From Ramazzottius varieornatus (lineage: Eukaryota; Animalia; Tardigrada), in contig BDGG01000008.1 of assembly GCA_001949185.1 (NCBI GenBank), positions 1,488,001-1,552,000 of the forward strand: a DNA stretch of 64,000 bases, given 5' to 3'. The notes beneath the pieces were generated by a model. That model was not told where the DNA came from. It did no database searches and was given only the letters and a program-made list of their open reading frames with translations. The translations under genes and the position numbers were made by a program. Positions 1 through 12,550 of the stretch are shown in pieces. How positions within the stretch are numbered: position 1 is the first letter of the stretch; each line of letters begins with the position of its first letter.

Positions 1-578
1 TCAGCAATCTTACACATTGGAGAGCAAATCACAACTAACGTATTTTGATTTATTCTCCCTGGCGGTACCAGGGTACTGTAAACGCTTCAAGGATAGTTAC
101 AGACGTACTGTAGTTTTTACGATGACGAAGTACCATTGTTTTGGTGATGGCCTTACGGCATCATGTAGGTGGCCAGTCCAGAGGAATTGCCGTAATTGCT
201 GCACGAAGATTTTCCTTCAAGCCACTGAGTGAGCCCATTGGTTGAAGCAGCGTTTCGAGAAGTTTCATTATAATTACTATGGTGTGTTCTTATCCGTGAC
301 ATTTTTAATGATTGACACACCTGAAGGTTTTCTGATTTCACGGACCTGTGATTGAAGGGGGAAGTGTCATAAAAAATTGATTAATTAAATTCCCCACCCC
401 TTCTGAATGATCATTTTTGCGAAGTGTTAGCGGCCTGACGAGTTCTGCTAATGAGGCATAAGTGGCTGTGGTAGTCTAACCCGTTGTGTCTTATGATCAT
501 GAGCCGCCAACGGGGACGTTTTTTGCTTATGTAAGGCAAAGTTAGCAGCAATAAAGCCTGACCGCGGGAAAAACATGG

Positions 579-587
579 TATATAAAA
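579..587 (+). promoter_or_regulatory. Putative TATA box of astacin gene
   Basis: TATATAAAA about 200 bp upstream of the ATG at 782. Confidence 0.4.
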
Positions 588-781
588 AAGCGAAAGGCCC
601 ACAGTTGGGTGCCATGCTCTGATTGATCCATCAAAGAGCCAGAGTCGACTGTACAGTGTGTTGCATGTACTGTCTTGCATCTCCAGCTAGACCCACTGTC
701 GCCTTCCGTAGCGTGTCTGTTTTCTTGTATTGTTCCGTTAATTCATCCATCACACGTCTGAGTCCATAGGTTTCATCCATC

Positions 782-3700
782 ATGTTGCGGAGGCAGATGT
801 TTTTACAGTGCCTTTTCTTCCCGCTTTTTACGTCGGGCTTCTTCTTGCCTTTATCGAATCACGATAGGTCGTCGATTTTGGGCGATACAGCTGCTGTGGT
901 TGACATGAACTCCAACAATGATGAAAACCAGCCCATTGTCGGTTTTGATGCACTGGGGATGTCAACGAACCAATCCAGCTCCAGTTCCAGCTCCAGCTCT
1001 TTCTCCTTTTCGAGCAATAGTAGTAGCAGCAGCAGCCACAGTTCGTCATGGAGTTCCAGCAGTGAGGTCAAAAAGACAATCGGGGAAAAAAGGGAAAACT
1101 TCAGTATGGAAGCGCGTTCGAACAAGACGGACACAGTCAATGGGAAAACCATCACGAACAGTACCCATGGAGCCAAAATGATCTGGGTCTACACGCCGGA
1201 AAGCAACGGGACTCTGATCTCCGTGTTGGAAGACAACCTACCTCTGGAATATTGGGTCCCGATAAGAAACAAACTAAAGTATTGGCCCAATCGCACGATT
1301 TCCGTTGTGACCGACGATCGTTTCCGTATGTTGCGCACAAACATAATTATTAGGTCTTTCGATATGACTTTGCGCTTTTTGGGGTACATTTTTGACACCG
1401 TTTTTTTAATTGCGCAAAGCAGCTTCTTATTTTGTATGATGTTCAATGGTAACAGCGAGCTCTCCAAAGTGTCTCACCACCGCAACCCAAGCGATTCAAC
1501 GAGAGGAGAAAATTGGAAAAATGAGGGAAGTAGCAGTGTCCACTGTCCAGTCTCTGTGTTGAACTGCGTAGGTTGGGCTACAAGCCAAAGGCAGTAATCT
1601 CTGGAAGAAACGAATGCTGATCTCGCAAAACAAGTTTTGTATAATACAGGGTGGGACTGGTACGTATAGCGCTTTTCTGTGTGCGCCAGTTCATTGGGGT
1701 GAAAACGTTTTGACTGTTTCTTCATTTGATTGATAGAAACAAGTAAGTATGGTTTCTTACGATATATCAAAATATCCTCCGTTACAGTTCGAGGTGTCAA
1801 AATTATCGCTTTCTCCAGAAATACAGGACAAAATTTTGTGTGTCATCAATTTGCAGTTGGCGGTGTAAATTTCCGCTTGGCTGTCTCCTCAGCCAGTGCT
1901 TTTTCAACTATTGGGTCTTTCAGTATGACTTTGCCGTTTCTTACACTCCCAACTTTAAAAACTTCTTTCTCTGAAACGGGCCGAGATGTCTCTACAGTTC
2001 TTTCTCAGTAATGTAGCCCTGTCGTTTCTTCCTTCAGGCCTGAATTGGAATATTCAGGACCGTCAGCACTTCGGATTCACAAAAAGAGCAGTGTAGGCGA
2101 TGAAATTTCGCGAAATTCGGGTTTCAACATAAAGTTATTTTTCTTGTCGAAGCCCGCGCTTTCAAGAACCTCCAAAGTACTACGAGCACTGCTTTCAGCC
2201 AAATACTGTCAAACGGAAAACTTAGTTGAAGAAACAGCCGAATAGGAAACAAAATCAGACCTTCAGAGGGAAAACGGGGGGTTCAACATCTTGGAGTCTC
2301 CGATCCAGACTAAGTAAGGCTTTAGCTGTAAATACTTCTCAGGCTGGGCTATCTGTGGACCCCATTGCTAAGAGCTTTAGAAATAGGAAAAGATGAAAAC
2401 AAATCAAAAATTGCCACCGCAGTAAAGTGGCGCGTTATCCGTGTCCGTTTTTCGGCTGAGATTTCTGAATTTCGGTACCCAAAAACTGCGCGAGTCAAAT
2501 TCAGAAGTCCTCTGGAACTCGTCGGATAGTCCAACGTCCGAGCTCACGAAGTACCAATCGTTTCTCTCGTTAGGCTCTGCTTCCTAAGAAAATAGAAGAG
2601 CGGAGAACTGGCAAGTGAAAACTTGGTTCGAGTTCTTCTACCCCAAGTCTCTGTCTTTGGCGTCAGTGCAACGTGAAAGAACTATGTCTGTGTTTGAAAA
2701 AAAACAACGAAAGTCCATTACTGATCTTTCATGTTACCGAGCGTCAAAAATTTCGACAGCGAAGTCTGGAAAAATTCTTGAACTATTGCTCCGAAAACGG
2801 CAGGGGCGTACTAAATAACTGAAAGACCCAATAAACCCAAACGGCTGCTCTATGGTGCGGTCTTTAGACTCTCATAGCCCATTGTTTGTGTAACTGTAAC
2901 TGGTTTAGTTGGGCCGCAGCACATTTTCTTGCAAAGTAAGTCAAAATTTTGAAAAAAAACCGAGAGTAACATGAACCCTTTCTGGGAATTAACTGAAAGC
3001 GCGATCGGAATTGCCACGCAAGAATTCACAACAGTGTTGCGTACCCTATGTTACAAAAAGGAAACCAGGTCACAATTCCGACCCAGTTCGAAGATACGAT
3101 TTTTTAAAGTCGAACTTTGAAGAAACGCAAGGTCACATCGGAAGACCTAATTTGATAAATAGCCGATGATTGCTTCGAAAATCGCAATACGTAGGTGAGC
3201 CGTACCCTTACACAGGCGAGCAATCTGTAGAAGCTGTATCCGTGGACCGCGTTTTCAGATTTATCTTGCAATGCATTTTCCACACCCGAACTCCAACAAG
3301 GGTTCTTCATGATCAGATCTATGCTAGCGTGTTTTCTGCTTTTTTTAACGTTTCTCTTTCCAGGAAGTTCCGAAGTTGAAACGATTTGGGCTGCCTTGAC
3401 GGCATTATCGAAGGTTCTTGACGACTGCGTGAGTTTCATCGAAAAGCCCGATGAAGAAACTGATTACCTGCATTTCAGAAAAGCCAAGTCGTAAGTGTAC
3501 TGTCCTCACTGTAAATTAAGCCTTGGCAAACGTCGGCTTCAGAGCCAGGTACTTACTCCAGTCACAAACAGGTGCGATTCCAAAATCGGTTACAAAGGAG
3601 GAAGACACGTCGTCAAGCTCAGCGACGGCTGCCTCGATCCGGATGAGCTAGGGGCGATCCAACACGAAACACTGCATGCCCTCGGGTTCTTCCATGAGCA

Positions 3701-4218
3701 CTCACGGAAAGACCGCGACGACTTCGTCGAGGTTAATTGGTCCAACGTGGTGCCAAGTAAGCTTAACTACCAACCATCACGGAGAAGGGCCCTCAATTAC
3801 TGTACCGACCCACCTGTTTTGTCATTGCGTCGTCTAGGCCTCACTGCCGCGTTTCCTCTTTGCAGAAGAGAGAGCTGATTTCAAAAAGCTCAAGTTCAAA
3901 ACATTCGGTCTACCCTATGATTACACATCTGTGATGCATTATGCTTCCGACGCATATGCCATCAAGGAGGATGTGCCGACATTGAAGGCAAAGAAGTTCA
4001 GTGTAAATGCTACGATGATGGGCCAAAGGATTGGACTGAGCCGGGCAGACGTTATAAGGGTGAAAATACCGTACAAATGCCAGCTGCCGGAAAGTGTCAA
4101 GTCCTGGCTTGAGGCGCGCGAAGCAAGCAAGCGAACTGCGCGATTTTCGGACGACACCGATTCCGACGAAGACGAAATCGAGGACCCGGCAGAGAACGGA
4201 GATCATTCGTCCGCTTGA
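782..4218 (+). CDS. Secreted astacin-family (M12A) zinc metalloprotease, 4 exons: 782-1325, 3364-3490, 3572-3756, 3866-4218
   Basis: Signal peptide, Ser-rich pro-region, then YWPNRTI. Zinc motif HETLHALGFFHEHSRKDRD, Met-turn SVMHY, GQRIGLS and four conserved Cys are present. GT-AG junctions join in frame (phases 1, 2, 1). Confidence 0.92.
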
Positions 4219-4434
4219 TAGTTTTTGCTGACAATGTTGTGACTGTGATCGACTACTACTGTACGTCTTTTGTTTGAAAACCACGCTTCAAAGCTGTTGC
4301 GTTATTGTACTGACTCGGTCTGGCTTGCACCGAAAACGTAGCGGACGGTGAAAAATGACCATGACATCATAGGAGGCGCATAACACCCATAATGAGGACC
4401 AACGGCAACACGAACAGAGGATGACTCGAACATA

Positions 4435-6992
4435 TCATTTGCCGTTTTCGTAAATGAAGTCGTAGCTTATGTCAATCTTTTTAAGTATTAGGTCGACTAT
4501 CTTTGCCAGAGTAATGGAGTCTTGATGAGTGAACCCAGGGCTCTCGATATCACCTGAAAAGAGGCGCACCGTTCAATCAAACAGCATGTAGCTCAGTGCC
4601 GCGACGGCCAAGTTCGTTCTTCCAGTCCCCAAGGCTGTACCTGCTAAGACGCATCTTCTGGTTTCGTCAATCTCATATCGCATGCCTTGTCCATGTGGAT
4701 AGACGGTAGGTATCTCGATGGCTGGAAGAGGGAAGTGTTCGCGACCCGCCGGAGTGATCAGATCGGTGGCGGACCAGAAGGGATGAGGAAGCTGCAACCG
4801 TCAAAGGATGAGTCATCTTGAACGACAAATCAGCTCGCGACGATGCTTTGGTACACGCATAGAGCGAAAATTTCAGGAACAATAACTCACTGTGATGGAA
4901 GCTTCCTCTATCCGTCCATTTGGGCCTCTTAAGGCAGGGTTGTCTTGGCCATCACCGTAGATTGCAGCTTCGCACTTGATTCGGGCAACAATGGTGGATG
5001 TCAGTTGGGCGATCCTTCCACCTTTGTACTTCAGGATAAGTGCCAGCGTCAGATCGACACCTGTAAATAGCGGCATCCACATTACTGCCTAATCTGAATG
5101 TGCAATGCGCACAATAGTACGGGTATCCTGTGTGTACTGACAAACCATCTTAGCCAGATGGCGCTGCGTCGAAGCATGGACTAACACACAGAGCAGCACT
5201 TCCGGTCAGCCAAATGATCGGTTCATTAATTGTGAAAGTGGAAGTTAAGCGGAAACATGACAACGTAGAACTGGGTACTTTTCACTGAGGAAAGGATTGT
5301 GGCATATCGATAACGATCCACCACTCACCTTCATGGCTTTTGACAACGGAGGTGAGAATCTCCTCCGGCATCTCGTTGCCGTACACCATCATGGCGAACT
5401 GAATACAGTAGATGCCCAAGTCCATCAAGCTTCCTCCGCCCAAACTCAGATTCCTCAGACGATCGAGATGTATAATGTTGAGACCAAACTGTGCTGTGAC
5501 AAGTTTGATTTCTCCCAGGTAGGCCTTGTTCTCCACACACTCGCGAAGCTTGACGCAGGCAGGGAAGAAGCGAGTCCAGCATGCCTGGGGAGAGGCAGGG
5601 AGGTGATCAAGACGTGGCACTGCAGCCTATGGCCACAGAAAACTTACCTCCATCAGGAAGCGCTTCTTCTGTCGGGCCAGTTGGAAGAGTTCTTCGGTGT
5701 GTCGCAGTAGGAGCGTAATGGGTTTCTCACATAGGACATGCTTGCCATGGTTCAGCATTAACTTGGTCACTTCGTAATGGCTGATGTTGAAAGTACCGAC
5801 GTAGACAACATCTAGAGAACATATCATTTACGGGCCGGCACTGGCCCACCAGCAATTCACATGGTCTGAACTCACCGATATCGGGATCTTGGGCAATATC
5901 CTCATAGGATGTGTACACCCTCGGGATAAGGAACTTGTCGGCGAAAGCTTTTGTCTTGCCCAGTTCCCGGCCGGCAACGGCCAGTATCTGAAAACGTCTA
6001 ACCAGATTAAAAGTTTGAATCACACGGTGATCCCTGTAAGTTGGAAGGATTTTGGAAATTCGTAGTAAAATCGCTTCTACCTCTAGATGTTCATACGTCA
6101 GCTCATTCGATAGAGCACGTCATTGTCTTCGATTTTTGTGAAGGTCTCTTCAACAAAACAACGATCGTTTGATTGTTGTGATCTATGAAAAATCATCATT
6201 TTACGGGGTAAAAAGTGGGAGCCTCAGTTAGATTATTTGTATCTGACGGGTAAAACCACAATGTTTCCCCATGAAATTGTTTTACTGAAAAAGTACGTTT
6301 GGACTAATTATTAAAAAACAAACGGACGGCTCATACACGCTGCCGACAGGAGAAACTACAAATAATTCAAAACATACGCGAAAACTTTTGCTTTCCCCCT
6401 GAGTCAGCAGCCAGATTGTCGCTCGCAATTCCGACCGTGTGCACGAACTCGTAAATGATATTTTTCCTACTATATCAAGAAGGTTTTCCAACAGAATAGC
6501 ATCACCGAAATTATTCTAAAACGTTTTGCACGCAAACAAACCAGCCCGAAGTGCATTGCATGTTGGTTTTGCGAAAACGTTGTGATTTCCACCTAGTTCA
6601 CGTCTTCAGAGCTGCACATCCTTCTGGACCACGACACCTCGACGAGATTTTTACACAATGTTTTTGATAGTTGGACGTATCTGGGAACGAATTTTGGAAG
6701 AAGTGAAAGCACTGCTCATTTTCTTATTCAAGCTCGAAATCCGTCCAACTTATAGGGATTACCTGTGTTTGAAACCCAGAGTAGCTCACTGCCCATGGAG
6801 GTATATCCGCCGGGACTTTATCTTACTAAAGACCCTCGGGGGATATCCCCATCGTCCGTGGATATTTCCATGCCGGCCACCTCGTACCTGATTTTCGCCC
6901 TTCGGAAGCGTGTTCAGACTGATGGCAAAATCGTTGCTGATATTTCCTGCTCCGCAGATGGCCCATCTCAAGGTCGCCGGTGCTGGCGACAT
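4435..6992 (-). CDS. DHDH: Trans-1,2-dihydrobenzene-1,2-diol dehydrogenase / D-xylose dehydrogenase-like (Gfo/Idh/MocA), multi-exon
   Basis: Exon peptides LRWAICGAGNISNDF, DVVYVGT..H, GKHVLCEKP, FLMEA.WTRFFP and LGGGSLMDLGIYCIQ. The last exon reads GDIESPGFTHQDSITLAKIVDLILKKIDISYDFIYENGK*. Confidence 0.9.
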
Positions 6993-7955
6993 CTGCAAGA
7001 TAATCTTCCCCTTGATGGATACCGGTCATTAGAACCTGACAGAAATATTCCGTTCTTACTCTCATAGGTGTCTCAAGTAGGACGATCCCCGCAAGTAACT
7101 TCTTCGGTCAAAACGGATTCTGTAGCTGTCGTTCGAGGGTCGTGAGGTTTCCTTGGCTTTTCACCAGCTTGTTGAAAGCCAATTAGATACGGCCACAGAT
7201 AACCCGGGGATCAGGGTTGCGCATTTGGGTTGCCGAGAGGTCTCAGACGACCGTGTTCAGTCTTTGAGTTCCTCGTTTAAGTACAGCAACGAGACGATAC
7301 TCAAAATGATTTAATTCAATTTTTCAAGCTCAGCTTTTATTAGCTATCAAGCTTTTATGGGTTCCAGGTTATCTGGTAGTTCGCAAGAGCCTGACGGCGT
7401 GTTAGTCAGGTGAGATCAAAATATTTCCAATTTTCGCTTGCAGAGCACCACGGCCTTAAGCCTATAGCTCGACAGATTCGCGTCACCAAACCTATGCATC
7501 ATGCTTTGTGGTTATTTCAGCGTTATTTCAACACCGTCACATGCTGCAGTGCAGAAGAATAATGACCTCCAGTATGCCTTTGAGCGGTAGTATTCATGGT
7601 ATAGCAATATTGCGAACCCAACTGTGAAAAGTAAATTCGCTAAAACGTCTATGACAATCCGGAGTGAGTCAGTGATTGTACTTCCATCCAATTATTTTAC
7701 TTTGCAGACCAATGATGTAAAACCAACCGACATAGAATTTGGTCCACACAGCGCAACAAAACCGCCCAAACCAAAATAAAGTAATCGAAACTTCCGGCCG
7801 ACATAGGTCTGGACCATTGCACGTACATCGCTCAGTTTCCAGTACTAACAAAATAATTAAAGAACCATAGCAACTCAAGCAAGAGGCAACTCTACCAGAA
7901 CGATGTTACTCGGTGTTACAGTTGACGACCACGCTGTCGGAACTTCCTCAAGACG

Positions 7956-8690
7956 TCAGGGGCAAACGATGGATCCGTTGCAGTTCATAGCTCGAAGAAG
8001 GAAGCCCACTGTTGCGTCCAGCGCCTTCTTTCCCTTATCTCCGCATTGGCTGACCACAGTGGAAGAATAACACTTCTGTCCGTCCTGGATCGCACTACGA
8101 CGCAAATTTCAATTAAAATTACAAGTACAAAAAGAGTTTGTGAAGAACAACGCACCAGCACATGTTCGCGAAATTCTGGCTGACTCCCGAATGGAACTCA
8201 AGGGCGTGATCAATCGCCGTGAAGTTGAAACAGGTCTCAAAGGCTTGCGGAATCTTGTCGTTGCATTCTGTCAGGTCCAACATGTTCTTCCTGCCAGTCA
8301 GACTGCTACAAGCGCTGGAGATCTTGTCCGACAATTCGAAGAGGGCCGCCAGTTCCGTGAAGTCCTCCATGACCAGGCACTCGTGCGGGATACTTGTCTG
8401 ACACTTGGCCATTGCCGTCAGCGAGCTAAGGGAGAAGTTCGTTGTTAAAGTAGGATTGAGGTTGGAGAATGAGCATAGACTTACTTGCAACGGTGAGTGA
8501 TGCTGGTCTTGATTCCCACTTCCCCGTTGGTTGAGCTGCTATTGAGGCAAGAAACCAAGGCCATCAGTCCGTTAACACATGGTGTTGGAAGGGTGTTTCC
8601 GGAGGAGGCCGGAGCTCCATAGACGCATGAGAGCAGCGTGGAGAGGCAAAAGAGGGCAACTCCAACCCAGCTGCTCATTTTCAAGGCCAT
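7956..8690 (-). CDS. Secreted Cys-rich protein of unknown function, 3 exons
   Basis: Signal peptide MALKMSSWVGVALFCLSTLLSCVYG. Two short GT-AG introns (~8426-8484, ~8097-8155) join in frame. The protein ends ...AIQDGQKCYSSTVVSQCGDKGKKALDATVGFLLRAMNCNGSIVCP*. Confidence 0.75.
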
Positions 8691-10049
8691 CTTTCTTATG
8701 ATCGTTCTCAGACGAGACTGATGGGACCAGTGAGCGAAAGATGGTGGAAAGTCTTTGTAGCAAAAAATAATCGGTGAATTGCCAGCAAGTTGATCGGGAT
8801 TGGTTACGCGACTATCCGAAGCCAGGTTTTGCATCCGCAATCGCAGTCGTCTGGATCTCTGATTCTCAAACGATCAAGCGGTTTGACGTGAACGGTTCGT
8901 TTGATTATTAGAAATTATTGTTTACGTGTGTTATGACTTATAAGGAAGAACAGCTGATTGCAGAGTGTACTACTCACAAAAAACAGCATTCAAGTCCCCA
9001 TTGTTTGCCGATGCCACTGAGCATGCACGTCGAGCACGCGCGCGGCGTAGACGGCGCTGCCGGACCTTACGTATACACCTATTGCTATTCCGCCCAGAGT
9101 GAGAAGTGCAAACTTGAGGAATCTGAATTTAGCTCGTAGGTCCTGCGGAACAAAGTCATCATTTTGCTTGAAAGGGTGCACGACAAAAATTATATAGTGT
9201 GCGTACACTAGCAACGCAGCTCTGGGATCGAGAAGTCTAAAAATTACGTACGCAGTACCAAGTGGTGAATTTGACATTAACACTTAAAAGACCAAGGGGG
9301 TGCCCCGGTTGCCTGGCGCACTCCAAAAGCCTTGCGGAATGGCTACTGTTGAACCTTTTCGTCTCAATGTTTCACGTTTGCTGTCGTAAACTTTGTCGCT
9401 TCCAGTTAAAAAAGACGTGAACTGGCTAGCAGCTTTCTGAAAATTTCGAGAGACTACTTCGTTTTTGACCAGATTGTGTCTTGAGTTGACAGACCAAATT
9501 TTTACTCAAGAGCTGGCTGACGGAAAGCCTCCTTAACAATTGGACACAGAGCTAGTACATTGGTACCGTCTTAGACGCTCCAGTATGTTCCATGCTGTGT
9601 GACCAGTGGTCGGAGCAAAAATAAAAAGGTCTGGCACTTTGGTTCACTTAGTGGCGCATTTTACTCGAAAAATGCGAAGCGTACACGTGGTGATTGGCCC
9701 GATCTGACCCCACCACATGATTTCAGCCAGTTAAGAACTGGGGAAGGTGATCTACCCCCCTTGTACTCCCAGAGCTCGGAACTGCGTGGTCTTTTAAGTG
9801 TTAAGAACTTGAAATTTTCACCGATCCAACGCTTACGTACTCGACATTACGTCTGCGGTTACGAAATGCTCTACATCTAGAAATCCTTCCAATATTTCAG
9901 GCAACAGAATAAAATTTTAGCGGCATAGATACCGCTGTGCAGAAAAACTTGGCAAATTTCCCGGATGATGGATGCATAACTCTCCTACAAGATATTCTTT
10001 TTGCCGCCAGTCACTCATTATGATGGTTATCACTGCCAACCAGGCAAGC

Positions 10050-10056
10050 TATAAAA
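10050..10056 (+). promoter_or_regulatory. TATA box of the GH114-like gene
   Basis: TATAAAA about 85 bp upstream of AAAATG at 10139. An AATAAA lies at ~11087, after the stop. Confidence 0.55.
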
Positions 10057-10138
10057 CTGAGTTTTCAACAACATCGCTTCGATGACATCCACCAGCACAT
10101 AAGTTTTCCCCACTATAATTCTTACCAACAGCCCGAAA

Positions 10139-11011
10139 ATGTTGACCAAGATCTCCTTCCTACTCTTCGGACTCATCGTGGCCGCGGAATGCCGGCGGAC
10201 GCGCTACCGCGCCCATTTCCACGCTCAGATGAACGGAGCCACCTTCCAGAGCCTGATGGACCTCCCTCAAACCGTCTTCCTTGTTGACCCTGACGACATC
10301 AAGCTGACGGCCGAACAGAACGCCATCCTGCGGTCCCAAGGCAAGACCGTCCTAGCCTACCTATCCATCGGTGAAGCAGAGTCTTTCCGTAGCTACTGGC
10401 AGTCCAACTGGACCGTCGGTTCGCCCTCCTTCATCGTCCGTCCTGACGCCATCCTGCCCGAGCAGTACGTCACCCAGTTCTGGCAGCCCGAATGGCAAGT
10501 GAGCGTCCTGGACTACTACACCACCCACATTGCGCCATTCAACTACTCGGGTCTCCTGATCGACTACATGCAAGTCTACGATCAGTTCCTGGATGCGCGA
10601 CCCAATGCTGCGCAGGAAATGGTGGACTTCTTGAAGAGAGTGGTGGACTTGGCAAAGGCGAAGGACTCTCAAGCTATTATCGTTACACAAGACTCGGCGG
10701 GTTTGTATAAGTTGAGCGAGGAGTACCGCATGCTGGTGGATGGTGTCAGTTTGCAGGAAGTTTACTACCACGATGGAAAGATGAAGAAAGCCAGGGAGAC
10801 CCGAGAAATGGTCGATCTGCTGAACGGAATCAGCAAGGATAAGAAAGTGGTCATGCTGGAAGAGTACGTGGAAAAGAACCGACACGCCTGTGATTTTTAT
10901 AAGAAGTGCTCACTGGAAGGTTTCATGTGCGGAGTTTTCGATCCGGCTCTGAGCCAAGGCCCACTTGAATGCGTCGGTCCCTCTGAGTCGGGCATCCGCA
11001 TCCCTTTCTAA
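10139..11011 (+). CDS. Secreted GH114 / TM1410-MJ1477-family glycoside hydrolase-like protein (endo-alpha-1,4-polygalactosaminidase-like TIM barrel), intronless
   Basis: 290-aa single ORF with a signal peptide. Family hallmarks: GKTVLAYLSIGEAESFRSYW, YVTQFWQPEWQ, GLLID, EMVDFL, VDGVSLQEVYY, KVVMLEEY. Confidence 0.85.
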   Translation: MLTKISFLLFGLIVAAECRRTRYRAHFHAQMNGATFQSLMDLPQTVFLVDPDDIKLTAEQNAILRSQGKTVLAYLSIGEAESFRSYWQSNWTVGSPSFIVRPDAILPEQYVTQFWQPEWQVSVLDYYTTHIAPFNYSGLLIDYMQVYDQFLDARPNAAQEMVDFLKRVVDLAKAKDSQAIIVTQDSAGLYKLSEEYRMLVDGVSLQEVYYHDGKMKKARETREMVDLLNGISKDKKVVMLEEYVEKNRHACDFYKKCSLEGFMCGVFDPALSQGPLECVGPSESGIRIPF

Positions 11012-11160
11012 GCACCCCCTATAAAACCAAGCTTTGAAACAAAACTGCGCACGATTTTTTTGTGTACTTCGAGTTTTTACTCTCATAATAAATAACATGC
11101 ATAAAAACATACTGGAAAAGTTTTCACCGTCTGGAAAACAGAACTCCGAATTGAGGATCT

Positions 11161-12550
11161 TCAAACTAACCCCAGCTCATTTCGCACAGCGGCCATATTG
11201 ACTGCGGCCTGAGCGGCAGCAGCCGAAGCTCTTCGGTCTTCCACCACTTCGACCATCGAGTCGATCTCGGGACGAAAATGGAAGAGCAAAGTTTCTTCGG
11301 GTTTTGCGGCCATGGCTGCGCAGCCCGGAACCATCCCGGAGACCGAATGCACACCGAAAAAGACCACCTTCCGGCTCCGGCAGAAGTATTTCGTTCGGGC
11401 CGATTCAGGGAAAACGTAGGTGCTTCTTTGACGAACACCTCCAATCTTCGAAACATGCAAGTTCTCAGATGAATTGTTAACTTCATTGGCTGCAAGGTTT
11501 CTGGGTACTGGATCTCGCACCACACAGGTCCGAAGTAGCAGCCAGTCAGCTTTCGAATCACGAAGAGCCCCTCTCAAACCATCCGAGTTCGTCGTCGCGA
11601 CGTACTCGTCCAAGTCGACTATCATAGGAGGTAAAAGTATCGATCAGTGTACATAAAATGAACCGGGCCATGAAGTTTAACCTACGATGTCCAGTGAAGT
11701 CCCACCGAGACGAGGTGCGCAGAAAACAGTCGTTGATCAAAGCAACCTGGCCGAAATAGTGGATACGCTCAGCTTTGAACGGCAAAGTCCAGTTCATCAG
11801 TTCTGCGACACCCGTTCTTTCGTAGTGTTCGAGTACTCTCAAGACTCTCGTGGATACATCTGTGATGTAAAAGAAAAACTTGTCCACACCCAGAATGCGA
11901 TGGTACTCCACAAACTCGATAACGCTACTCGGATCGTCGGAGTACTTTCCCCGTAGCGAAGACCCAACACACAGCGCAATGGAGAACTCTTTAATGGTTG
12001 AATTTAAACACCTTCCAGACAGCAAGAACTCGACGAAGCCTTCTCGTTTCGGTGTATTTTTACTCTTACAAGTCAAGCCCACTTTTTGAAAAGGAACGGG
12101 AGAAGAAGGAAGTGGGCACCGGAAGCGGCTGGCAGTTCGGAACAAGTTGTGTCGCTCCCAGAGGTTTTCGAGGATCGCCCGCTCTGTCACGTTTCGCAAA
12201 GAAGAGGCATTCTTTGAAGAAGAAGGATACGTGCAAAAGCATCGGCTGGTGTCGTAGAGTTTAGTGATAGCTGTAATGTGCAGCTCTTGTCCGAAGGCTT
12301 CCGGTGACGCCATGTGAGCTGCGTACACAAAGACGTCTGGAATCAAGGTTCGCCAGTCCCTAACCGAAGCTAAAGGCTCTTTCGCCGAAGAAACAGCAAG
12401 AGCTGGCGAATACTCAAACGACAGATCAAAGTTCTCGAGTTGCCCGCTGGGGTGCCAGAATAGATAAAGGCATGTCAGGATAACGCATGTTAATGATCGT
12501 CCAGCGATAACCATGGCTCTTCTCCAGCACAAAAGTCTGGAGGATAACAT
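11161..12550 (-). CDS. Glycosyltransferase family 92 (DUF23) type II membrane protein, 2 coding exons (intron ~11619-11684)
   Basis: N-terminal TM segment, EFVEYHRILGVDKFFFY and HYFGQVALINDC. Splicing restores the DxD motif (HLDLDEYV). KYFC..GVH and LFHFR follow near the C-terminus. Confidence 0.85.

Noticed and set aside
1326-1597. C-terminal third of the 271-aa ORF 782-1597
   Set aside because: This is read-through into intron 1. The donor at 1326 splices in frame to the astacin exons.
2104-2117. 14-bp palindrome AATTTCGCGAAATT in astacin intron 1
   Set aside because: It is isolated and short, with no supporting element structure.
9611-9706. AGTGGCGCA half-site resembling the palindromic family
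   Set aside because: The partner half-site at 25 nt and the terminal repeats are missing.
10361-10885. 174-aa antisense ORF
   Set aside because: It is a shadow of the codon-biased GH114-like CDS.
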